From Laetmonice hystrix (taxonomy: Eukaryota), in NCBI GenBank assembly GCA_965235115.1, contig OZ249436.1:16680001-16744000 (forward strand): a stretch of DNA of 64,000 nucleotides. Reading direction: 5' to 3'. Each line of letters begins with the position of its first letter. Positions within the stretch are counted from its first letter, which is position 1. Of this stretch, positions 25,522 through 38,500 are shown piece after piece. The notes below the pieces were generated by a model, which saw only the letters and a list, made by a program, of their open reading frames with translations, was not told the DNA's origin and did no database searches. Both the position numbers and the translations under genes were made by a program.

Positions 25522-26899
25522 TGGGGGATTTTATACACCAAACTGTAAATAAGGAATGGAAACACTCAATTAGAAGTGAAAACTACCGGTGATCAGCCTT
25601 TGAAAACATTGATTTCTATTTCCGACCTCAGGACATAACCTTGACCATAACACCAGGTGTTATGGTATAATCATATAATTAGCTCACAGCCAATGTACTG
25701 TATTTCCAGGTGTAGGTATAGGTAGTATGAGTATACACCTGTGGAGGGGGTCGTTCAAACTGGGTCATGTGAGTCACACGTCAGTGTACACAGTGAAAGG
25801 GGTGAGAATATCTGGGTCAGTTTCGTTACGATTGGCCTGGTGAGGACATTCGGTGAACTCGGGATGTCTGTGCAGCCAGCTTTGGACATGAGCCAGTTAC
25901 CATGCTGAATAGCCATGTCATGTGCATGCCGAGTGCAATTGGATCGCTCAGGCTTTGGCCAGCGTTCTTCATTCCACATTTGTTGTGATTTTAACCAGTC
26001 TCAAACATGGATCAGAACTTAACTGGCCCCAAAAAAGAATGATTTCTTGACACAGAAACTCTTGAGATTAATACTGATACTAATTAAATGAAGCCGGCAA
26101 AAAAATCAGGATTCCATCAATCTTGATCAAAATTGCAATCGCAAGCAAAATAACCGAATCTGATTAATAAGATATGTACACTCTACTGATTCTAGGACAG
26201 TCACCCCGGAGGACAATCGCACCGTAAGGCATTCCCCCGGCGGCAATCGGCCGGTCTACTGTAGTTTACAATTATTCAATAGATAAATCAATCGAATACA
26301 AAGTTCGTTGATGTATTATTACAGGCAAGGTATCACAATTTCCAAGCGATCTCATCAGTCATCGTTCGGGACCTTTTGCCAACTCCTAGAACCCCCCCCC
26401 CCCTCCTTAACGCTCATTCCCCGGCCCCTCCCCGTTTGTATAACCGAGCCTATAACCGTATCGACAACTCGAATACCCCAATCTTATATAAACCCCAATG
26501 TAAGTCTGTAATAACCAGCCGAACGTGCCTTCGCTGCGTATTCCCACAGTGACAATAATCATTGAGGGGATTGTCCTATGGAGCAGTTGTCCCCGGGCAG
26601 TTGTCCGCGGGGCAGTTGTCCCCGGGCAGTTGTCCCCGGGGCGTGAGGGGATTGTGCGTACGCCATATAGGATTAACATACAATTACTCCTAAATGATTC
26701 CAAGTTGTTCTGGTTTATGTACGGTTATGCATATTAACCAAGGAAGGGAACGTTTTCGGAACCACCTGGTCGGCACAAGGAAGCTAGGGAACGGCCGTGA
26801 CGGCACCAAAATGAGCGATAATGAGTGTTAGGTAAGGGTAGGGTTACGTTTAGCATCTTTTATCGCTCATTTTTATGACGTCACGACCATTCCCCGAAA

Positions 26900-27800
26900 T
26901 GTTTCTAGGTCATATCCGGAGGCGAACCAGGCCTCGAATGTATGAAGCCGCCATTTTCCCAGGATTTGCGCAGAGTCATGTGAATCATCATTCGGGAATC
27001 CTCGGCCATATCTTCGAAAGTAGCCTCGGGTGAAATAGGTGCCATTTTGAGCATTGCATCGCGGGTACATTTAGTCGGGACTCCCGACAGCATGGCAGTG
27101 CTTGCAGTATTTTGTCTGCATCAGGCATGGAAGCAACTAAAATAGGCCTACAATGCTTTCCCCGAAGTCAGTGGGCAATATTACGATAGTATCATGTCAT
27201 GATGCAACTTAAATTACAACATGATTACAAGTAGTCCTTCCATGTGTCGGGCCAGTGTCGTATATGGGCGCGGCCATATTGCTTCCCAGAATTTGATAAA
27301 TTACCGTATTGACGCCCATTTAGGTAAATTGGGTGATTTATTTTTCTTCTTCAAACGTTCCCCTTCATACCAGAAATTTATATTTGCACATACAACGCCG
27401 AAGGAGCAGGTGTCAATAATGCACTACTTCCTGGCTCGATGGGATATGACGGTTCACTCAGTGCCTCGCTACACACCTCCATTTGGCGGTGTATCTGGTT
27501 GCCAAACATGGCCGCTATTCCACCCGAGGGTATATTCGAATAGCAGGAAGTGACGTCATATGCCCGAGGGAGTCCCGAATGGTGAATCATGTGGATGCAG
27601 AGATGAGCAGTAAATAGTCGAATTTCCCCCTACGCACAGGCACATAGTTCAAATCTAATTTCTCAACATACCTAGCTATCTTTCTCGAATTTTCTATTTT
27701 AGAGGCAAATCAATCTCTTCACCTGCGAGCAAACCAGATATTAATAAAGGGAGTTTTCCATTTTCGGCAAGGCGGCACCCAATCGCAACATCTCGGGCTT
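26900..27800. mobile_element. Dispersed repeat family; related segments at ~46440-47160, 49302-49540, 49990-50348 and 51190-51310, in both orientations
   Basis: Shared blocks such as GGGAATCCTCGGCCATATCTTCGAAAGTAGCC and CCGAGGGTATATTCGAATAGCAGGAAGTGACGTCATATGCCCGAGGG. Class not determined. Confidence 0.6.
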
Positions 27801-29584
27801 TCCGTACGCAAAATACTTTGAATGTATTTCGGTCGCTGCCATGTTGAATCTACTTCCAGTCACATGATTCGATGGGGTCATGTGACCGGCGATTGCAGAC
27901 GCATAACACCAGCACTGTTTTGTTTCTAGACAACGCTCAGCTCCGTTACTGTATTTTTGTTGCCTGAAATTGCTGGAATTTGGTAGGCTAATAACAAATA
28001 TGTTACGCTTGAACTGAAATAGTCTGTAAACTTCGCAACATGTAGCCTATGCTTAGCCCGAGCCTGGAGCTCAGGCAGGCCAGACATGCTACAAGACGAA
28101 TTTGGGATTCCCTCGGGCGTCATGCCCGCGGGATTCCCGATTGGTATCGATGCTGAGGGCAACGATAAACATCTTCCGGATTCGCGGATTTCAACTTTTT
28201 TGAGACTGAAATTTGTGTTACTTCAATACTACCGGATACACCAAAATGCACTAATTAAATTAGTTTCAGATTCATCAGATTCATAAGTTTCCGCGATCTG
28301 TTGGAACTACTTAGCAGGGCGGTAGAACATGAGTGGTGATGTACCCTCACAGGCGTTTAGCGCTTGTAGCTTTCGGCCTGTCTTACATCCGAGGGTATTT
28401 CGCAACCGGAAATGAAATGACCTCGGACGTTCCGATTGGGCGGCACCGTGGGACTTTCAATTTGCTGTTGTCTACATCCGGGCCACTGATCCCGACCTAG
28501 CCACCAACCCACCCCAACCCCCAACATGGCAACGTCGGTCGTACAGCCGAGACGACAGTCAGTCGAACGGGTGTGCCGAGTGAAGCCACCTGGTCCATCC
28601 CTGGCTCCACATGGCGAAACCTTTCGGAACTACCTTGGTCATCCTCAGCGCCATCTCGCGAAAATATTTACAAATGCACAACTTCCTGGCGGTATCAAAT
28701 TTTCAATCGGCCGGATCAGAGACCACACCACACAACAGTGCTGCCGCCATGCGGATTTGCCTGGAAATCCCCATTGGGCATGCGTGTAATGTACCCCATT
28801 ATACCAGGGTCAATGTTGGGGACCCAGGCCCTGGTTTCATCTTAACCAGACTCTTGATCAGCAGTCACCTTTGATAAAACTTTACTTCTTTATTTCTATC
28901 CTCGCTTGACTTTCGACCTTGACAAGAATGACACAACATGAGCACAAAAAAAATAGACTTCCCGCCAGCTGCAATGTCAAACTAACTTTCGTCCCAGACA
29001 CCCGTAAACCTTGGGGGGTGGGCTTTTAGATAATCCACACATCGCTCTTATACTATAGTTGTCATAGGAACACGCCAGGTCTTAAGGCGTTAAGTGAGGA
29101 TGGACAAGACATACATCTTTTAGATAAATTTAATTATTAAACAGTCATTATCTTTGTCAGGCATTGTCTTAGGGGCAATATTAGCGGGGAACCGCGCCCA
29201 TCGGATCCCAACCGCACGACCATTACAACATGCAGTGACCGTGTTAGATCTGTGTCGTTCATATATACACTAAGGTTTTATTCCTAAGGACCCATATAGC
29301 TCAGGTAAATATCGCCATCTCCTGGCCTGAAACTAGACTTCTACTTCTACGTGTTGATACAAGCGACCCCATTCTACAAACATGTATTGAGTTCAGACCT
29401 GGTTTGAGATCCTTGGCACGGCACTGAGGGCACGCATGGTCAGGGATCAGACAGCGCCCAGCCCCAGCGCGTTATCAGGTGCCGTGGTCAGTGAGTCAGA
29501 TCGCAGGATTCCCACGGACGGCAAAGTGAGGAGGCGGCAGCAGGAGGTCGACTGAAGGATCCCAGTGTTACTCAATACATCAAG

Positions 29585-32500
29585 ATGTCGAAATGTAAGT
29601 AGTATTCTTTCACTTTTCGTTAGATTTCTCATTAACAGAATCACATTCAAAGTGTTTCTGCCGGCCAGGTTTAGCATATGCCACTAACCCTGGACGAATA
29701 ATGACACTTTTCGTTAATTTTCTCACATTCAAAGTGTTTCTGGATGCCCTTGATAATGACAGGGATGACCTTGATAATGGTTGTTTTTGCCAATTTACTG
29801 AGCTTTATGGTCGCCTCCACTGGACTGGCACGTGATGACAAAGAACACGCCCATATTTGTTTTCATCACTCTGCCCCGTGGGGCAGGGGTGTCTGATGAT
29901 CAATATAAACCGATGTAGACTGAGTAATCATGAAAAGTCTTGCTCAGGTACTGAAGATGGCTAACAGTTGCAGACGTAACGTAATGCCTTCCATCCACAC
30001 ATCCAGGCACACTGCCGATAGTGGCGGATGGGGATTCTGTCACGTACACCTTTCCAAAACTCCTGAACAATATGCAATGAATAATTTGGTATTTATGTAA
30101 AGTAAACACCCCCTGCAGTGGTCGCATAATTGGGAGAGACCTATGAAAAGGGGGCGTCAATATAATTAGGCTGGAACTTGTCTAAATTCGGTTAATTTTC
30201 GATGTTAACTTCTGAATTAATCTCTGAGCTAAAACACTTGGCTGGATGTATCGGGTGTCCCAGAAAAAGTGAAAATTTTCACACAATAACCTTAGGGTAT
30301 CATCAACAAGTCTGGGAAATAACTAAAAGATCTGACAGAAATTATGTGAGTATTGTAAAATTCAAAACAGCATGTCAAAAAATACGATATCAAAACTGTG
30401 CAAAGTAACCTACATCAGGTTCATGGATTATGCTATTATGGAACTCTCTGAAGGAGAAAGTTTACCGGGGCTGAGAGACAAATTGACCGAACAGGCGTTA
30501 AAGGACAAGATAATTATGTCATGGGAGAAGATATGGGTGGAAGAAATACGTAAAAGCATTTCTGCTTGGAAGAAACGGCTTCGTTTAGTCGTGAAGGAAG
30601 ATGGAGGCCACATTGAGCATAAACTGAAATAAGTGTTTTCCTTTGATATTGGATTTTTTGACATGCTGTTTTGAATTTGACAATACTCGCATAAGTTCTG
30701 TCCGATCTTTTAGATATTTTGCAGACTTCTTGATGATACCCTAAGGTTACTGTGTGAAAATTTCCAATAAATTCGGTTTATCTATCACTGAGAAACTACT
30801 TGTCAAAAAGCGGTTCACTTTTTCTGGGACACCCGATATAATTTATTGCAAGTGGATCCTGGCCGATTCTGCTTTATGTGTGTTCTAAGCGTCCCGAAAA
30901 CGTCCCCTCAGTTGGTCACCTGACCTAGTCTGGTTTATGTTTGTTGTAAGCGTCCTCTCAGTTGGTCACCTGACCGAGTCTAGTTTCTACTTGTTCCAAG
31001 TGTTCCCTCAGTGTGTAGGCTGTTACACGGCTCACTCCGCCTGGGGGAAGGAGAGAGTCCGTCACCACACAACAATCCGGTTAGGATTTCTACTGGATCC
31101 AAAATCTATGTTCCAGACCTTTCCTTCCAAGTTGTACAATATTATTAGGAAACACTTGAAAATAGAGCCAGCCCACTATATGTATATGGGACATTCGTGT
31201 ACTCTTTGAAAAAAGAATTCTCGTAAGTCCCGTCAGCCTTTTCGGTATTCGTAAACATCCCATGTGGAGAAGCTACCGCCCATGTTGCCGCCGCTCTCCT
31301 CACATCCTCTTACGTCCAAAGTTCCGACCTCCATATCAAGAGTGATTCTCCTCCTAGCTCCTTGTGACTGGGTTACCGCGAAGGAGTCGGCATCTGCGGG
31401 CGAAAGCCTCGCCAAGCACACCTCTTGATTACCGGAGGCTTCCCGGCGTGTAGTAAATTTAGAAACTGTCTTAATATGGAAAGATGACGTCATAGATCAG
31501 CGAGCCGATGATAGCGCATACAGTTTGTGTGTGGTGACGGACTCTCTCCAGCCCGCCGGCGAACTGAGTCGTGTATCCTCAATGTGTTACCTGACCAAGT
31601 CAGGTTTATGTTTGTTGTAAGCGTCCCCTCAGTTGGTCACCTGACCGAGTCTAGTTTATGTTTGTTGTAAGCGTCCCCTCGGTTGGTCACCTGACCAAAT
31701 CTGGTTTCTGTTTGTTTTAAGCGTCCCGGAAGCGGCCCCTCAGTTGCCGGGAGACATCGATGATCGCCGCCATCGCGCTCCTTTTCCTGATCGTCACTGT
31801 GCTCGTCGTCCTCGTGGCCGTGTTCGCCGGAAGTTACCACAAGTCCCGCTCCAAGTACCAGAAACTTGGCGATGCAATCAGTGTCAGTTCCCGTCATTAT
31901 ACATCTATGTTAATTGTCACTGACATAGCGGAGCCCGCAGCGTGTAGCCTATGATGGCTGATCACAGGCCCAGTCCAGCCTATGCAGCCTTGCTTGCGAG
32001 TTTCTAATTAATTAACATTTTTCGACCAATCACAATCGGGAAAATATTAACGCCCCACAAAACAAATGATTTGCGCACTCTCCGACAGAGATCGTTCACT
32101 TCATTCAATCTCTGCCACACGCTGGGCACTGCCGTTTGAGTGACCTGTCCTAGAAATCCCCGACTGGGACAGCCGAACATTGCCGAGCTTGAATCGTGTC
32201 TGCTCAATTTTGCTGAGGCACTCTTGTTGTTTACTTTTACAGTGCAAACTGTCAGAATATGACGCCACACAAACATCTAAAATCTTCGGAGAAATCATCT
32301 GCAGCCGCTATGTTGAACGTTAGACAGCGATTTTTCAAAGGTGTATAGGTCAACTTACATGAAACACAATGATCGAGGCGGTACTGAAGATAATGCACGC
32401 CAAACAGATTTTTGATATCATTCAAAATGGCCACTGGCTGGCCGTCACACATTTGGGAAACAGCCCAGAATAACGATCTATTTCGTTCAAATAGGCAAAT

Positions 32501-35500
32501 TTGTAAGGTGCAATAAGGTCATCGGTCACCCTGGGCCGCCGCCGAGTTTTGTCCTTATCTCCTATTTTCCGTATTTCAAGCTTACCTGATCTTGAATCTA
32601 TCCCACTGGACTGATAAAATAGTTTGTCGTATCTATAACATTGTTGTGCTAGGTCTGTTGTTGATTATAAACCATCATGAGGCGATACATCCCATATTTT
32701 TCATCTCATTGGACTGAGAACCTAGAACTTTGCCGCTCCGCGAGGCTAACGGCCATTGCGGTAGTTACTAAGCAACGGGATTGGACGCATGCGCTGCCTC
32801 GCACTGCTCCGCCCGCCCTCCCCCCATAATCCAAATAAGGGCATGATTTGAATCGCGTGCTCTCGTCTCTAGCCAAATAGGTAAACGCTTAATTAATTAA
32901 TTTAAAATATTGTCGATATGGACGCGCCATGGTACCAGACTGCTAGAAACCTCTTAACATAATTGTTTTTACTCAATTTTTGTTGAATTGACTGCGTTTA
33001 TTTCAATTTTCGGACAGATTTCCTTTAATCCCCCGCTTAGGCCTATCTGTCCTAGCCTACTCCCTAGCGCATGTCCACTGCATGTCAGTTGGTTTGTGTA
33101 GGGCCAGAAGTCGAGGGTTTGCGTGACGGCCGACTGTGTGGAAGTGGCGGGGAAGACCATCGCTAACATGAACATGTCCGTCGATCCGTGCAAGGACTTC
33201 TATCAGTATGTCTGTGGTCGCTTCATGAAGAACACCGTCCTCAAACAGGACGAAGCAGTCATGGATTTGGGGATATATGATATTTCAGGGGACACCGAGG
33301 CAAAGCTGATCAAAGTAAGTTTTCTAAGAGAGACTTTTCCTCCTCCGAAAGAAGTAATACACATGAAAACTCACACACATTTACGTATGTACCCCTATAG
33401 ATAGATACACACATAGATATGTGCACACATATTTGCAAACTTTATTAACAAGTTCCTTCGTATTCTTCCGGAACAGGCATTGAAATCGCCAAGCACGATA
33501 ATAAACGGGAAGCGATCAACTGCAGTTCAAAAAGCGAAAAGGTTTTTCGCCGCCTGTCTGAACGTTTCATCAAACACAAATAATGGTCCTGGAATTCTAC
33601 AAGAGGTAATTTTTGTCTGTCTATAATATGGCTGATCTCGTTATTCCATTACTTTTAAAAGTCTTGCGACACCACAGTAGACAATTTTACTGATACTTGA
33701 ATATTATTAATTGACTTCCTTGTAAGATAACATGGAGTAAGATAACATGCGAGGATAATTTATCCTCGTACCGTTAAAGGACCAGTTTATTCCTGTCGAA
33801 GACAGTGGCGCCCCCTGGATATCCGGCCCAAGTCTGTTTCATAACCTACTCCGCTTACCTGTTTCATATAATGCACGTGATATTATTTACAATGCGGCCT
33901 AGTTGCCCTACAATCTTTTTCGGGAATAGATGTGCAGAACTATGTTCTTTGCGGATTTACACAACAGCGCGAGCCAACACGGCGTTTCAACGAATACACT
34001 GGTCCTTTAAAGCACAATACTACTATTATTAAATGAAACGCTAAATTGACATGAATAATAACAAGATTATCTTGCATTATTACCTTCACTCTGATGGCCA
34101 ATTAATATTTTCCTTGGTTCCAACGGTTCTACCCTCTGTGCCCTTAGAGTAGGTATAGCGATACTTGTGTCCTCTGTACCCGTACAGTATATCCATACTT
34201 GTGCCCTCTCTATACCCGTACAGTACATCGATACTTGAGCCCTCTCTGTACCCGTACAGTATATCGATACTTGTGTCCTCTGTACCCAGACAGTATATCG
34301 ATATCTGTGCCCTCTCTGTACCCGTACAGTGTATCGATACTTGTGCCCTCTGTTCCCGTACAGTATATCGATACTTGTGCCCTCTGTACCCGTACAGTGT
34401 ATCAATACTTGTGCCCTCTCTGTACCCGTACAGTATATCGATACTTGTGCCCTCTCTGTACCCGTACAGTATATCGATACTTGTGCCCTCTGTACCCGTA
34501 CAGTGTATCGATACTTGTGTCCTCTCTGTACCCGTACAGTATATCGATACTTGTGCCCACTCTGTACCCGTACAGTATATCGATACTTATGTCCTCTGTA
34601 CCCGTACAGTGTATCGATACTTGTGTCCTCTGTACCCATACAGTATATCGATATCTGTGCCCTCTCTGTACCCGTACAGTATATCGATATCTGTGCCCTC
34701 TCTGTACCCGTACAGTATATCGATATCTGTGCCCTCTGTACCCGTACAGTATATCGATACTTGTGCCCTCTGTACCCGTACAGTATATCGATATCTGTGC
34801 CCTCTCTGTAACCGTACAGTATATAGATACTTGTGTTCTCTCTACCCATACAGTATATCGATACTTGTGCCCTCTGTACCCGTACAGTATATCGATATCT
34901 GTGCCCTCTCTGTAACCGTACAGTATATAGATACTTGTGTTCTCTCTACCCATACAGTATATCGATACTTGTGCCCTCTGTACCCGTACAGTATATCGAT
35001 ACTTGTGCCCTCTGTACCCGTACAGTACATCGATACTTGTATCCTCTACAGGTACGCATACAGTATATTGATACCTGTGCCCTCTCTACCCATACAGTAT
35101 ATCGACAGTTTGGGTGGATGGCCGCTGTCCGGGTATTTTGATTCCGGGCTAGCTAACGTGGCGGTGACGGCAGCCAAGGTGGCAAGAACGGGAAGTTCGG
35201 GTCTCTTCGGCGTGGAAATGGGTATCAACGACTTCAACAACAGCAGATTTATAACTAGGTCTGCTATATACTACCTGAGCTCCTTATATAAAACAGCACA
35301 AACTATTTTTCTGACATAAACAGCTCCTCCGGCCCGTACTACATTGTACATCTCTATTCCAGCCTAACGCCTACAATGCCACCGCTACAGAGCCCAAGCA
35401 TCTACAACAGTACAGACGCGATGGACAAATATAGGACTCTTATCGAGGGCGTGGTCAAACTGCTGGGTGGTGACGTCACACTGCGAGCCTCCATCATCAA

Positions 35501-38500
35501 TGACATCATCGACATTGACAAGGCAGTAGCAAAGGTGGGGTCGGATAGGGCTATTGCTCCTGCACATTTACCGTGACAGTAAATATGAAGGTGGACCATA
35601 ATGTGTGTGCCCTCTGTTACAGATCATTCCGCCTCCAGCCATCCATACCAACGTGACGCTCAGGAGCAACATGATGACAGTACAGGAAGTCCAAAACCTA
35701 ATCGGACCTAAGGTGCCCGTATGGTAGGGGGAGTTCAAATAAAGGGGGATAATTTCCATGGCCTTCATTGGGGCAGTTATGTCACACCGCCTTCTGCCAG
35801 GAACCAGTCAACTCCAAAGAGTTTTCTGAGGCTGAGCTGCTAATCTAAACGAATGAAAGGAAGCAACAATAAAATACCCAGCACATGATACCAAAGAAGA
35901 TGTCTGAATAAAAGTCTAGATGCTGCAATCAGTGTCATGAGCAGCACCAGCGTTTCTATAGGATCTCAATTTATTACTTACTTTATTACCCGTAATAAAG
36001 TGTGTAATTTTACGACGAATCATATTTCTGTAAGAAACTGACTTGGATTATAAGAAGATAAAAATAATATCTCTATTTTTTCAGTTTATGATGGCAAACT
36101 TCCTAGAATATATCCTGGGATATTCAATTCTACCGACAAAAAAAGTTCTGGTTGCGTTTCCTAGCTTTTTGTCTGGAGTAAAAGCGATATTAGACAAATA
36201 CTCCAAGGAGTAAGTAAAGTTTGCCATTATTAAAGATTATTGTAGAATATGCTGTTTGGTAGATGTAATTTCTGCGGAGACTCTAAATTGCCTAGTTGTA
36301 GACCACTCTACATGGCTTTATACCAGGCCTAGTGTGTTTGCTGTGCTCTGATTGGTCGGATTCAGGTCACGTTGTATGAAATGGGCATCACCCCCCCCCC
36401 CCCCCCAATTGACCTATTTCCCTGGTCAATGGGACGATGCCCTCGGGAAATATATCGATTTCGGGGTGATTAACCTGCCATCAGAGGCAAAAAACGTATG
36501 CTATTGCCCTCATGTCAATATTTGTATAATAAATTATGTTTATATTGTAAATCTTCCATTGCCCTCATGTCTAATCAAGGTTTGTATAATAAATTATGAT
36601 TGTTTATATTGTAGGTCTTCCATTGCTTATCTGGTCTGGACGTCAGTGTATCCCCGCATTAACTATCTCTCGGAACCGTTTACTGAACTGTTTGCTGAGG
36701 CCAAGCAGAAAGTCAACTTTGATCCAAACCTTTGTCTCCAACTGTCGAAGAAATATTTTACCCAGGTTATTGGTGCAATCTACGTCGAGCATTACTACGA
36801 CAAGAGTGCCACCGCCAAGGTTAGTGTCAGTAGGAATCGTAATGGCAGGTATTTCAGTAATGTTCAGGGCGATAGGAACCATTTCATTCAGCCACCTATT
36901 TACCCCCGAGTCCCAGGGAGTGGGTGGCGAGGAGGACGAAGTAAGAAAGAAACCTGCCACCGGGAGGCAATCCCTACTCTTCTCGAAAAATTGCAAGGGT
37001 GCTTTTACATGCCCAGTCGCACAGACACGGCTGGACATACCAAACCTTCGATGACCCAGTTGCAGAGCACTGGGGGGGGCAGTGAGAAAACGGTACTGGA
37101 AGGATCGAAATCCGTCTGTGCCACGCAGATGGTTTTGTACGCCGACACTCGACCACTTCCCCGCACCAGCCCTAGCTCCGTTTGTCGTCTTTTTACAAAC
37201 ATCCAGAGGTTGAGCTGAGGATAATTCTTACCCCTGATTCCCAACAGGGTTATTGGAGGGGTGCATGTGTAATTATGAATGTAAATGTGTCGTATGTATG
37301 TATTATGTATCATGCACTTGTGTTATATTAATCAGCGAGGTCAGTATCCGGAAAAATGTGGCTTTTTCCTTAAATATAAACTACCAGTTTTGTGCATTCA
37401 CTTAAGTTTGTTTCCATCAGAGAATCAAGAAAATTGAAAGGATAGTTACCTTACGTCTTTCCCCTCTGGACTGTTATGCCAAAACATCGTTATGCGTGAA
37501 CAAATACACCAAAGAAACATATTTATTTTTTGGAACATCAAATTGTTATGTGTAGATCGATGAGATGCTCGTGCGGGCTCGCCAAGCGTTCCGGGACAAC
37601 CTGCCTTCAGTGGAATGGATGGACGAAGTCAGCAAGCAAAAAGCCTTTGAGAAACTCCGCGCCTTGAAACACAAGGTTTCCTACAATGACATCAATGTGG
37701 ACGCAGCGGCCCTCGACAGAGCGTACCAGTTCTATGTGAGTTTACAACGTCACCGGGGCCCTCGACAAGGCCTATACTAATTTACGTGATATTACAACGT
37801 CACGGGGGCCCTACAACGTCACGGGGTCCTCGACAAGGCCTATACTAATTCTACGTGATATTACAACGTCACGGGGGCCCTACAACGTCACAGGGGGCCC
37901 TACAACGTCACGGGGGCCCTCGACAAGGCCTATACTAATTCTATGTGAGATGACAACGTCAGGAGGGCCCTCGGCAAGGCGTACACTAATTCTACGTGAG
38001 ATTACAACGTCACTGGGGCTCTACAACGTTACAGGGTGCCTCTACAAGGCCTATAATAATTCTACGTGAGATTACAACGTCACGGGGCCCTACAACGTGA
38101 CGGGGGGCCTCGACAAGGCCTATACTAATTCTATGTGAGTTTACAATGTCGCGTGGAACCTCGACAGGGCCTATACTAATTCTATGTGAGTTTACAACGT
38201 CACGGGGGTCCTTGACAAGGCCTATACTAATTCTGTGTGAGTTTACAACGTCACGGGGGTCCTCGACAAGGCCTATACTAATTCTGTGTGAGTTTACAAC
38301 GTCACAAGTCCATCGACAGGGCCCATACTAATTCTGTGTGAGTTTACAACGTCACGGGGGCCCTCGACAAGACCTATACTAATTCTGTGTGAGTTTACAA
38401 CGTCACGGGGGTCCTCGACAAGGCCTATACTAATTCTGTGTGAGTTTACAACGTCACAAGTCCATCGACAGTGTCTATACTAATTCTGTGTGAGTTTACA

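Noticed and set aside
36352..37218. 288-aa ORF as a standalone gene
   Set aside because: Only 36615-36819 (exon 9) is coding; the rest is chance intronic read-through that is not conserved in frame in copy C.
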